This document shows, one piece after another, positions 47,101 to 60,000 of a stretch of DNA of 64,000 bases. The notes under the pieces were generated by a model. It ran no database searches. It was not told where the DNA came from and was given only the letters and a program-made list of their open reading frames with translations. Within the stretch, counting starts at the first letter, position 1. The number at the start of each line of letters is the position of its first letter. This stretch comes from Podarcis erhardii (taxonomy: Eukaryota): the NCBI GenBank assembly GCA_964252035.1, contig OZ176204.1. One strand, written 5' to 3'. A program made the position numbers and the translations under genes.

Positions 47101-50100
47101 TATAAATTAAATGAGTGCTCCTTTGATCACTGGGGACATATGACAAGAGCAAATAGTGAAGTATTCTCAGTAGCGGCCCAGTTCTTGCAGAGTTTCTTCT
47201 CTGGAGAGTCTGCAAAGTCTGAACATTTTATCTTTTGGAAAACCCACAATATGATGCCTTATCTGAGCTTCCTTTCTATGGTGGGTGTGCAAGTTTAGTC
47301 TTAAGTTCACTTCATACATATTTCACTCTGTTCCTTTCAGGTATAAGGGCAGGCGTCCAGAGAGCCATGCTCCTCATGTCCCAAATCAGCCCTCGGAAGC
47401 AGCTGCACATTTCTATTTTGAGCTGGCCAAGACCGTTCTCATCAAGGCGGGTGGAAACAGCAGTACTTCCATTTTCACCCACCCATCCTCTAGTGGCGGC
47501 CACCAGGGTCCTCATCGCAACCTCCACCTCTGCGCCTTCGAGATTGGTCTCTATGCACTGGGGTTGCACAACTTTGTCTCTCCCAACTGGCTGTCTCGAA
47601 CCTATTCCTCCCACGTCTCTTGGATTACAGGTAGGAACCAGGGTGCTCCAACCAGGTTTGGTTTTTAGGAATCCTTCCTTAGAGGGTGACCTTACTTAGC
47701 TACAAACTTTTAGGAACTCCTGGCTAAATTTGCTAGCACAATCTGTATAGCCGAGTTTACAGTTTGGGAAACCTCTGGGTAATGTTGACCATAGAATCAT
47801 GGCGCCAGAAGGGATCAGGTTGCCATAGTTGATTGCTGTTGATTGACACCAAGCCTTGCTTGCCAAGGAGCAATCAGGACTACACTTTAAGCCAGTCAGT
47901 GTCTCATTTGCAGTTGTGTCTCTAACTTCCTCACAACTGACATCGCTGATGCTGTCAGGTGTGGTGCAGGTGAACATGGGTTTTGGGGGGGAATGGCCTT
48001 GGGCAATGGGATCTATACAAGACCTAATTTGGCCAGTGAGCTGGAGGTTCCCTATCCCTGTTCAAAAGAGTTACATCTGTAGCCCTTTAGCAAATGTCTT
48101 CGGTGTCCTCTGCTTTTTGACACTAACATGAAAGGAAGTTTCCAAGCGCTACTACAAAACTCGTAGATTTTATATATAAATGTATTATTTTATCTGTTTT
48201 GGGGTTGATTAGCCAGAGAGAGACATGCAGCTTGCCCAGAGCCATCCAAGAGAAAAGCAATTTAATCCTGGCTTTCCTGAATTTGGATGCATCAACTTTC
48301 TTTTAGGTTTAACTTTATATATATATATATAGTGTGCTTAATCTCACAAGGATACGGGTTTATCTTACATCACTATATTGTGTTGCCTTCACCCTTCCTC
48401 TTCCCTGCTTTTGTTCCCCTTGTCGGCATTTCGAAAGAGGGTCTTTGTACATAGGAGCATGATCCCTAGTGTGTCCAAGTGTAAAATAGCTTGCAATCTT
48501 TGTACTTGTTATAAGCACTCAAGAGAAATCCATATGTGGCTTTAACTAGGTAAGAATGAGATATGAAATATGAGTTTAGAAGCCTTGATGGTCCAGCACG
48601 GGAGCTTCCAACCTTTCTGTGCCCAGAGATACATATGGAGTTTCCACAAATGGTTGTAGGTGCCACCACATAATTGCTGACATGGAGAGCTTTGCCAGTC
48701 ACAAAATGTCTGCTGTGGCCTCTGGGAAGCAGCCCAGTATCTTGCCGCTTCGTTTTTCCTTTCAGAATGCTTTCCTGTCTTCCCTCCAGGTTGCTCTGCT
48801 TTTTGCTTGGGTGGCAAGATCAGCATAGCAAGCTAGAGAATTTGTAAGAGGAAGTAGAAAGGAGCAATGCTTCACCCACTTCCTCTCTCAGATCTCTTCA
48901 GATCACTGCAAACAGGAGGAAAAAGACAACTCCTGGTGAAGGGGAGCAGTGGGGGAAGAGGTTTCATGGGTGTTTGGAGAGGCGTTCATTGGTGCCATTG
49001 TGCCTATGGGGCACCACATTCAGAGCCCATGGTTCAGTAGGTAGATGTTTGGCTGAGTACTTGGGAGACCTTTGAGTTCAGATCCCAGCAATGGTCTGGG
49101 CCAGTCGGGTTTTCAGTTTCCCAGTTGCAAACTTGGGAATTTGATGAAGTTGGGAACCTGGGAAGCTGCAAAGGCAAACAAGGTAAATTCAAATCTAGCA
49201 GAATTATTGCTTTTCCACTAGTAGCATAAAGGTAAGCATCATAGATGGGAAAAACGAATACAGAAGGGAGCTCTGGTAGAACCACTTGCACTACTGCAAA
49301 TGGGTTTTTCTTTTTGCAGAGGCAGACTCCTGACAACTGGAGAACAGAAGTCACCTACAGAATATTGAGGCTCCTCTATATAAGGAGTTTATTGCTGAAA
49401 GGGTCTCTTTTGGTTAGCTTACCAATGCCAGGATATTTATATTACCAGAACTGCTTTATGAGTGCTTGCTGTAATGACCTTAACATACACCTAAGCTTTA
49501 ATGTATTTGTCGCAGCCTGCGTTTATTGCATTGCATTTCTCTCTAGCCGCACTGCTTACAACCCCCACCTCCATGTGTGTACCTGCCAATTCAGGATATT
49601 GCACTCTCATCCATGAAAGCCTATGCCATAATACGTGTATTGAGTCTTGTAGGCACCTGAATACTTTGTTGTGCACCCTTTTTCCTCTGGTTTCTAGGGC
49701 AAGCCATGGAGATTGGCAGTGCAGCCTTGAACATCCTGGTGGAGTGCTGGGACGGGCACCTGACCCCTCCGGAGGTCGCGTCCCTGGCTGACAGGGCTTC
49801 CAGAGCTAGGGATTCCAACATGGTGCGAGCAGCCGCTGAGCTGGCATTGAGCTGCTTGCCGCACGCCCACGCCTTGAACCCAAACGAGATCCAGAGAGCC
49901 CTGGTCCAGTGCAAGGAGCAGGTGAGCAGTTCAGAGGTCTCTGTTGTCAGGCGCCCAGCTGCTTCTTGCCTTTGAGCAATTGGGTTCGTCTGTTCCTTCT
50001 TTTTGCATTTAGTGTTGCAGTCTTTTAGTGTTTGCATTTAGTGTTGTCTGAGGTCTTAAAAAAAATTATTAAAAAAACTGGAGCCCCAAAATGCTAGTGA

Positions 50101-53100
50101 GATAAATGTTTTGGATTTTTAAAGTCAGGAGTTTGTCTCCAAAAGCTCCAAAGGAACAACTTAAATAACTGCCACTACTATAAGTTATTTTGTGGTATTC
50201 CAAAGTAAAATAAATTAATTTTGATCCACTAAATTTCTTATATGGTTGCCCTTATATTTTCTCCATACACTCATCCAATATTTTCTGTATTAGAATTTGG
50301 CCATTAATGAAATATGGACCTTACACTTCAATATAGGTCTTTCTGCTTTATAATGCAGCCATATGCACCTAGCTATTGTAACAGGCCTCCTGTGCATAGG
50401 CATCTGCATGGATTTTTCTCGGGGAGGGTGAAAAGTGCATATTCCTAATACATTGATATAAATAACTAGCACCAGGGAGCTGGTTTTCCATTTCTGGTAG
50501 AACTGCCGACTGAATGGTGATGAGACCTGGAGAGACCTGGCCTCTTAGAAATCAGCAGAACAGGTCTTACCCCTCTGTTGCTTTTCATGCTGTTCATTGA
50601 CATATTGACTTGGCACCCAGATGGACATACACTGCCACTCACACCTAAAAACCTCAGTCCTTTCAATTGGCTCTCTGCACCCACCTCAGCCATTAATTGC
50701 ACTGCTTCCACAATCAACTTCACACATCACATTTTGCCCCCCCCCCCCGAAAAAAAAATCCCCATTCTAGGATAAAACACTAGGTTACACTTTAAGGTTG
50801 TTATTCACACACTCACATGCCAACAAGATGGGTATAATTGGGTTACCTTGCAGGGCTGGTATGTCAGCCATCTAGTGATGTTTTGTACTAAATCAAATAA
50901 ATAAATAACACACTCTTAGCCACATTTTAAAATGTTTACAAACTCATGGGTGAAATCACTGTTTTTTTGTTTCTATGAAATAAGATTAGAGAGAGAAAAA
51001 CATGAACTTCCATCTTTGCTGTTATTTTTTGCTCCTGCTTACCTTTTACCAACTCACAGTTACAGTACAATCCTGGATATCTGAAGGCCAGCAGGAAAGA
51101 CTTAAAAAGGAACCAGATCTTTCTATATAGACACATATGGGACATGTCATTCTACCCTTCTATTTGTCTGCTGGGTTAGGTCTGCTTTCTTAAATATCAG
51201 ACAGCTATGACACTCATTGGCTAAAAACACTGAAAGGCAGGAGCAAGTTAGTTTTCCACAGGAGAGTGCATGCGCATTCTGCCTCATAACTTGGGTTCTA
51301 CAAGTGCTGGAGGGTTTTGTTTTTAAATATAAGCTGGAGATCCAAGAAATATGACTCCTCCCTGTAGACACCCATGCTCCTGCAGATGCCATCTGGGGAG
51401 ATGTGGGTGGCTATCAAAGAGGGACCCTTGTTGATGTGGCATCACACTTATGGAATGCTCTTTCCAGACAGGGTTGGCTGACGCCTGTCTTAATGCCGTT
51501 TTTGTCCCAGGCAGAGTCTTTTTTATTTTATTTTACCAAGCTCTTTAGGGTAGAATTCTATAAGATTGACTGTTTGGTTCAGAGGTATTAGCTTGATTGC
51601 AATTACACTTTAATTGTAAATTGCAAAGGGCAGTATAAAACACCTTAAATCATCAGTACCTTTCCTAATATTGCAGGATAATCTAATGCTGGAGAAGGCA
51701 TGCTTGGCAGTAGAGGAGGCAGCCAAAGGAGGCGGTGTTTACCCTGAAGTCCTGTTTGAAGTTGCTCACCAGTGGTACTGGTTGTACGAACAAACTGTTG
51801 GTGGAACTCTTGCTCAGAGAGAGGGAGCCACAGGCTGCAGTGCAAGTGGAGCCCGGGCATCCTGCGAAGCAGTGCGTGGACTGGCAGATACCAGAGTGAC
51901 GTCAGAACCCACCACAGTGACTGTTGCAGCTGCGGTGACAGCAGCAGCAACGGTGGTGCCCGTAATTTCGGTGGGGTCGACAATCTACCAGCAGCACACC
52001 ATGGCGGGGCCAGCAATGGCACATGCGCACACCCAGGGTCTGCACCCTTATACAACACTCCAGACCCACATCCCTTGCAATCCTCAGTATATCGGGCACC
52101 CTATCCAGCACATGCCACGCCCGGCGGTCTTTCCTGTTCCTGGCTCTGCTTATCCCCAAGTAAGTTATCTTTTGTAGGGTAAGCATCTCAGGGGGAACAT
52201 CTTTTTCTGTCATCCCTAGCGTTGTGGCTCCTATAGATGAATAGAAGGATGGCAAGTCGAATTATTTAGTTTTGCTGGTTTCAGTGTGGGACCATAACGA
52301 AAAGGGTGAAAGCACAGCACTAGGATGTGCCAAGGACGAAACTTGGGACCCTGTGTATGCAGATGGCAGCTGGAAAAAGCCCCTGTCCAAGCCCTTAGAG
52401 TCACTTCTAGTTAGGGGCAGTAATGGGTTAGAGGGACCAAAAGTCCGAATCTTTGTATAAAGATGCATTTTTTTGTGGATATATATCTCATTGTTGCTCT
52501 CCCTGTTTGTGTCAGAATTATTAAATTTGTACTAATTTACAAATTGTTAGTATTTACTGATAAATCTTACATTTTCTCATGCCAGTTTATGGGGGTGGGG
52601 AGAATGCCTAAGATAGGCATAGTGGCTATTTTGTCTCCCGTCACATTCCTCCTCCTCGGAAGAATTTTGCTTAGAATGGCCCAGTGAGCATGGTGAGGGT
52701 TCTAGGCTTTCAGGAGTGGGGTTGGAAATGGAGTTCTTGGTACTAGATAGTTGGGTTGCTTGGAGGCCCCTCCTGAAAAACCCTGCCTTGTGTTTTGGGC
52801 GCAAGGCAGGCTTACCCTGTCCTCTTCCTTTGCAGGGTGTCCACCCAGCATTCATTGGAGCACAGTACCCATACTCGGTCACTACCCCGTCTTTGGCAGC
52901 TACAGCAGTGTCCTTCCCGGGAGTGCCTGTCCCATCCATGACGCAGATCGCTGTGCATCCATACCATGCTGAGACCGGGCTGTCTCTGTCTTCCAATGTA
53001 GCAAGTGAGTATTTCAGTCTTGCTGTGTCTTGTGTAGCGTCCTAGCTGAATGGTGGTTCTAGTTTTGCTGAGGCTTATGGAGCTCACCTACTGTGACACA

Positions 53101-54061
53101 GGAATAGGGGTGCTTTTTTGTGCTACTATGAATCCTGAGACATGTAGGTGTCTGACTCAAGTGCAAGAGGAAATCGGCCTCAGTGGAATCCCTAGTCATA
53201 AACCTTCATATTGTTCTGAAGCATATGAGGAAGGAAGATGGCAAGATGAACACAAGTGACTTTTTCTGTTAGGTTTCCTTGCAGGCTTGAGGGGGGCGGG
53301 ACAACTGGTCTCTGCGCCTCTACAATGCAATCTCTGGGTGCATACAACATTTTTAAAATTTGTTAAGGGTTTCATTTATGCTTTAAAAAACAACCATATA
53401 CACCATGTTTAAAATGAAAACACACTGCCAGCACAATCCCTTTATTCTCTTAGGAAATTATGAAAATTATGAAAACAGCGACTATTAGGTAGAATCCTTA
53501 GGCTACAAATGAGAAAGAGCCCTCCATGAATCCTTAAAACTTCTCAGGCTTGGGAGTAAACAGCTTTAAGCGGGACTTTCTTAAAATTGACCTGCAGTGG
53601 TCTGTAGCAGGTGGGATGTTGGTCTACTAAACATGGTATAGCTATTACTAGGTTTCCAAAGATTGTGTCATGAAATTGCACATCTAAAGAAAGGGGTGGT
53701 TGGCCTGTGGGTGCAATGACCCCTGTAAGAAAGTCTCTTGGTGTAGACTCAGTGTCCCCTTCACCCACTTACTGTCCCCTGACTGCTAGCTCCCCCCCCC
53801 CAAAGTGCATGGAGTTGTAGGAAGAAATTGGAAGAGTGGTTCTCTTTCAGTTCTATATTTTCCAAGGCTTGGATCAGCAGCTGATTGGCAAGCAGAGTGA
53901 CTGAGAGGGTAGGAGGGAAAGGGCATTAGTCTGAGAGACTGGGCAGAAGAATATGTGAGTAGCCTGCAAGGAAGAAGTGAGGCATCACAGGAGTCAGGAG
54001 CAAGAGAATGGAGTGCCAGGGAGGGAAGGCAAATGTGCAGCCAAGGTGATTGCAGTAAAAT

Positions 54062-54094
<33 letters not shown>

Positions 54095-57000
54095 AATAAA
54101 TAATAATATCGTATTGAAATCACAGAATTTTTTTAAGGGGGGTCTCCCCTCATCAAATCACCTCGACTGAACCATAAAAATCACTTGTGGTACTTTCTAA
54201 AGCTGCCATAGCATAAAAATAGGAATCTAAGGGATGGATCCTTATGGACCCTCATAATTTTCCATAGCCACCTTGAAATCACAGGTCACCTGTGTGATTT
54301 GTCGTCAACCTATGCTAGATCCATGAGGATCAATGTTTTTGTGTTACTAGCAAGCACTGGCTCTGAGACTTTTGACTGTGTAGTCTACCAGTATAAGCTT
54401 TAATTCGATAGTGATTGTTCAGGGGCCCTGTGTAAAATCATGCAAATTAAGGGCGATCTATTTCAGTTCTGCTGGATCTAACTTTCGCTTAGAAGGACTC
54501 GTTGGAAAAGTGACATTACGTGTGTGTCCAAGTGTGCACATGTTTTCTGTCTGGTGGGGTGGGGAGAAACAGAGGGAGCAGTGCCTGCAGAGTACTCCCC
54601 TAAGAATCCAATTGTGTCCCAGGGTCCCAAACAGTTGGTGTCGCTTATTTCATCTTCCCCAATTATTCTGCTGTTGGTGTAAAGACTGTCCTGATACATT
54701 ACTTGCTGGCTTCCTGTTGTCTGCAAAGGGACATGATGCTGTAATAAGGTTTGGCTCTTGGGAACTACATTAAAAAGCTTGCTCACAGAGAAGGCAAAGA
54801 AGTGAGCCTTCTTTAGAACTTTCTAGGACATGTACTTCTGGGTCTACTTGCTTATGTTTCCTCTGTCTACCGTGTTACTACCAGAGTTAATATTAACCCC
54901 ACAGGTATATGATACAGTTTGGGGCAAGACGTAGTTGGCTGAAGTCCTATAGCTGTTTGATGCCAATATTCCCCCCTCCCCTTTATACTGTTGTTTGTTT
55001 TCTCCAGTAGGAAGTGTTCATGCAGGGTCTACATTCCCAGCGATTCAAGGGACTTCCTTGACGAGTCTATCTTCTCAGCCCAGCTCCCTTGTCACAGGAG
55101 GCTTTCCTTCTGAGGATGAGCAGCACAGCCAGCCTGCAGGCAATCAAGGCGTGCATCACCTCCACTCTGCCTACCGAGTTGGTAAGGACAGTTAATTGTG
55201 GCTCTTGCAACCTGCAATTCAGGACAGGGCTACCGTATGTGAAAATTGACTCTTGTGCCAAGGTCAGTTGGGAAGGTGTGCTAATTCTCACATGATGAAG
55301 TGGTTTTAGACTGTTGTTTGGTTTAGGCTGGAATGCATAGCCACAAGACTTACAAGCCGATCACAGAAGCTTGCAGTGCATGAATCTTTTGAGGGGAATG
55401 TAAGTGGGTTTGGGGGATGGAATCACAGTGAGAAGAAGTGTGCCAGTCAGTAATGTGAGTGCACCAGCTGTCAGCAGTCCTGAGGCAGAAATAGTCTGTT
55501 GAGGAAAGACTTCTACAATACTGAGAGGTTCATAGGATTGGGGTGAATGTTACAGTGGTCTTGGTGAGTAGATACATACATAAGGAGGGGATTTTTTGCC
55601 AGGCTGGGGGCGGGGGAAGATGCAGGTTATGAATCTATGTGAATCAAATTGATTCAGAGATATGGCATATGAGGATGGATGCTTAGTAACTGAGATAGTC
55701 CCTTTTACCTATGCATAGTTGAGTCTCTGGCACATAATGCACAACTAGTCCATGTTGTAGAAAACATGTCACACCCTTATAACTACTCAGGTTCTCCTTG
55801 AGGTTAGTGTCCTCTGGAGCTCAGAGTACTTGAGCCCTGAGTTGCTTCCTCTTGCCTTCCAAGTAAAATAATTGCAGGGCAGGGAGCTTGAGTTCAGTAG
55901 AAAACTGGGCATGGACGAAGCCAGCTTCAGCATCATCAGGTCTAAGTGCCAGGGCCTCTGAGGATCACATTGGGAATATCAAGCTACCTCAATACCAGGA
56001 GCCAAGGAGAGGATGGTAGAAACCAGTGGCTTAAAGATCCCTGCAACCCCACCCCCTGCTCTTGGCAATCAGGCTCAGGAATCTGGTCATATAATTGGAC
56101 AGCTTGGCATTGCACCTGGGTAGAAAAAACTGAGTCTCAACTATTGATGGGCCCAAGCAAAGTTTAACTGTTGGGTGCATTCAGGATCTCCCTCAGGTAC
56201 ATCAGTCTCAAGGATGCCGGCAGCTTCTCTGCTTCATTATAGTGATAATAATCTGCCTCCTTTGTGTCCCTCATGATTAGTATGGCCAATGCTGAGACAC
56301 TTGACTGTGACAAAAAACAAAGGCTATCCAGTGTTTCTGGGAGTAAAGCAGAACAAGCCCTTCTGTCTGCTTTCAACAGGCATGTTTTGTGCAGTTGGGA
56401 GTCTTTCATGGACCTGTGCTCTGTGGGCACCACATGTACAGCCTTTATCTGAATTCTGGCACCTCATTCATAAGCATTCTGGTACCTTGCTGTGCCAGAC
56501 AAGCATAGTTGAGCTACTGTCTTGAAGAGGTTCTTGATTCTCGAGAAACCAAACTTTGATCAGGCTGACTCACCACTGTTGGCTGAAGATTTGCTGCCCG
56601 AAGTGGAGACCAAATGCCCCACCCTGCTGCATTGCAGGACTAGCACTGGGTCTCCCATGAAATGGGAGGAGAAACTATTGCAGATGTCAGTGGAACAAAG
56701 CCCACGGTCATGGTGTGAGGTAACTGGGCTAGAAATGACAGGCTTGTAAGACTCAACCATATGAGCCACCTTGTTCAATATGACCTGTTCTGAGCAGAAG
56801 ACATGTGTAAGATAAGCCTTGATTACTGTTCCAAGGAGGGAGATGGAACTCCCCTCAACCTCTGCTTTGTGATGAGTCCTCCAATCTCTAAGGTCTTGAT
56901 ACCAGATGCCAATCCTTGACTGCATTGGTTATGAGTGACTGCCAGGACTTGGTCACATTGAATGGTTCACACCCTGCTGGTGTTGCAGGGCTATTGAGAA

Positions 57001-60000
57001 CTTTGGTTTTCAAGGCTGATAGTGGTGTTTAACTGTAATGTCCTGGATTGATTACAAAATGGATTATCTTGCAGATTCCTAGAAATCAAAGTTGGCCCTT
57101 TTTGGAAAGCCTATAGAATGGATGTAACATAATTCTAACTGTGTTCTAACTGAGGGTGGAGATCCAAAACAGCCTATGTGGTGTTATTTTGGGACACTGA
57201 ACAAAATAAAATGTACACTGTCATATAAAACGGGGATTGGAGGAGGAATAAAGTTCCTAGTGGCTACTAGAAGGTGAATGGATGCGAAGAGTTTGCATGT
57301 TTCAGTGATTTTTGTAAAGCTGTCTTTTTTTTTGCAAAAATAAAAATTTAAACACAAATGAACCAACCAAGGATACTTCCTTTTTCATCTCCGCCTACTG
57401 CAGTCTAATAAAATCATAGTAATTACAGGAAAAGGAATTGATCACTGCATATTTATATGGAACAAAGAATGTTAATTGGGGGATTCGGTCACTTATTTCT
57501 TAATTTTACTATGTTAACACAGCCTTCTGGGCTATCTTGATTATCCTTCAACCTTAACTAAGTTTCCCTCCTAAGTAGACTATACAGACACCTGTAGGGT
57601 TCTTGGGGTGTGAAGAAGAAGACACACAATGAAATGGAAATGGAGCAGGGTGAAGATCCATCATGTGTTCCCTCAATGCCGTTCAAAGCCTCCGTTTGTC
57701 AAGGCTCACAAGCAGTGCACAGTTTGCTTTCTATCTCTAGCACATAATCTCCTAAATTGGAGTTTGAAAGGGAGTCCAGCTGGGGTAGAGTGTGTTGCTT
57801 TGAAGGGAAGGTGAAGGCATGCCTTTCAGTCCTGGCTTTGGGCTGACATCCAAATCCTTGGGGCATAAGATATATCCGGAATGGAGCAAGTTGTTACCCT
57901 TTACCATTTAACACTGTGGTAAAATGTACTAGTCTAGGAAGTATCCCCCAGGTAGGTGGGCTTGTAAGATGTCCAGAATTTGGGGTCAGCCTGAAATGTT
58001 CTGGCTTGCCCTGGTCACAGTGTATCCCTATACTACTCTGGACTAGGTTTGTATTTACTTGCAGTTGGATTCCCAGTTGGCCATATTGAAATTGATTGTC
58101 ACTGGGAACCTGGGCATTTTCAAAACTCCTTAAATATGGAGAATCCAGACTGTACTGAGTTGCTCTCCATATTGTGGTTGGTGTCCTTATCCATTCTATG
58201 GCAGAATGATGTAGAGGAGGGGTTTGTGTCACTGGAGTCCCCTTGGAAATATTGTCTCCCTGTTTTGGCTGATGTCACAGATATGAGAGTACAGGAGCAG
58301 AGGGGGAAGCCTAACACAACAGAGAGTGTTGTTTTGCATAGAAACTGAGGGCATAACTGAATGGTGAATGTTGATGTCTGTGTTTAAACAAAATGAAAAA
58401 TGAAAATAAAAAGTCCCACTGGCTTTCTATTTGTTTTTTTTAAAGCTGCTTTTGAAAAGAGCAGAGGAAAATGTATATTTGTGCTTCCCCCCCACCCGCT
58501 GCTTCTCAGCTCCAGATCGTTCTGCAAGCTGTTGCTTTGTCTTCTCCCAAATCCACAGGGATTACAAATGTTGTCAACCTTTTTACCACCTTGCAAAGAT
58601 AAGCAGAGACACCATTTGGCATAATTGCCATCTCCTAGCTCATTTCTATGAGATGGTTGCGAATGGGTGGGCACCACCCCTCTTAAGTCTTGTGGGGCTT
58701 AACTTGGTTGTCTGAAATTTTGAATTTGCACTTCCCTGCAGGAATGTTAGCACTGGAGATGCTTGGCCGCAGAGCTCACAATGACCACCCCAACAACTTC
58801 TCACGCAGCCCACCCTACACAGAAGATGTGAAATGGCTCCTGGGATTAGCTGCCAAATTAGGTAAGGCCCAAGGCAGAGTAAAGGTTCACTTAGTCCTAA
58901 GGCAACATTTTCCACCAAGCTCTTCTGCTTTTCGTGTATCTTCATCTGATTGCCCAAACTGTAGCAGTGGCATTGATTCTAGAACTGAATAAAATGTGGA
59001 AAATAAAATTAATTTGCAAAGACAGACCACAGTAAATATTGTAGCTTCTGATCCATAACAGAAGACTATCGCATGGAGATGTAAATGACACCAAAACTGA
59101 GCAGCTTAAAGGGTTTTTTTAGGCACTGCAGGGATGGCTAACCTTTTATGGGCCAAGGACTGCATTGACCCATGGTCAGCTGTACGGGGTCCCAGGTGTG
59201 GCCTATGGTATGGGACCCCCATAAAAATGGCTACAAGTAATTCCCCCTTAAAAAAAAAAATTGGGATTTTTGATGGGCCATAAAAACATTCTGGCATCAC
59301 AGCAGGTAACTTCAGGAACTACGAATAATTCTATTTTAAAAATAGAAAAATTGCCGGACTGGGGTGTTTTTTTAAGAAAACAAAACAACTCTTGGCATCA
59401 TGTTATCAGAGTGAGAGACCTGGAGGAGCAGTAGAACATAAAAATACATAGGGGTGGGGAAGCAAAAAAAAGCTATGGGCGTGTGGATAAGGCCCATGTA
59501 TTAGTCCAAGTGTAATTTAGAAATTTGCTAAAGTTCTATAAAAAGAAAAGCAGTGTTTGTGGATTACTCTTATATTAGCTAGATTCCTCAATACTTTGTT
59601 TTAACGGCTGGTAAGCAAAAAGTAAGGCTGGCAGATTCTCCCTTGTCTGATGTGTGCTCTGGCTCATTGCAGCTAATTTGTAGATGCTGTGCTCTGCCCC
59701 TTGCTAAGGAGGAGAAGTAGTTGTCCTCTTGGGTTTTCAGTATGCTTTGGCTGTTCTTTCTACTTGACTTCACCCACCTTTATTTTTCTGCAGGTGTCAA
59801 CTATGTGCATCAATTCTGTCTTGGTGCAGCCAAGGGGGTCCTGAGCCCTTTTGTGTTGCAAGAGATCATCATGGAATCCCTGCAGAGGCTCAATCCTGCC
59901 CATGTCCACAATCACCTGCGCACACCAGCCTTCCACCAGTTGGTACAGAGGTGCCAGCAGGCATACATACAGGTACATATGCCCCTTCCTTTCCATTGGG

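Noticed and set aside
56200-58330. Stretches in intron 23 that look like decayed LINE coding sequence
   Set aside because: Too degraded to assign a family or boundaries by eye.
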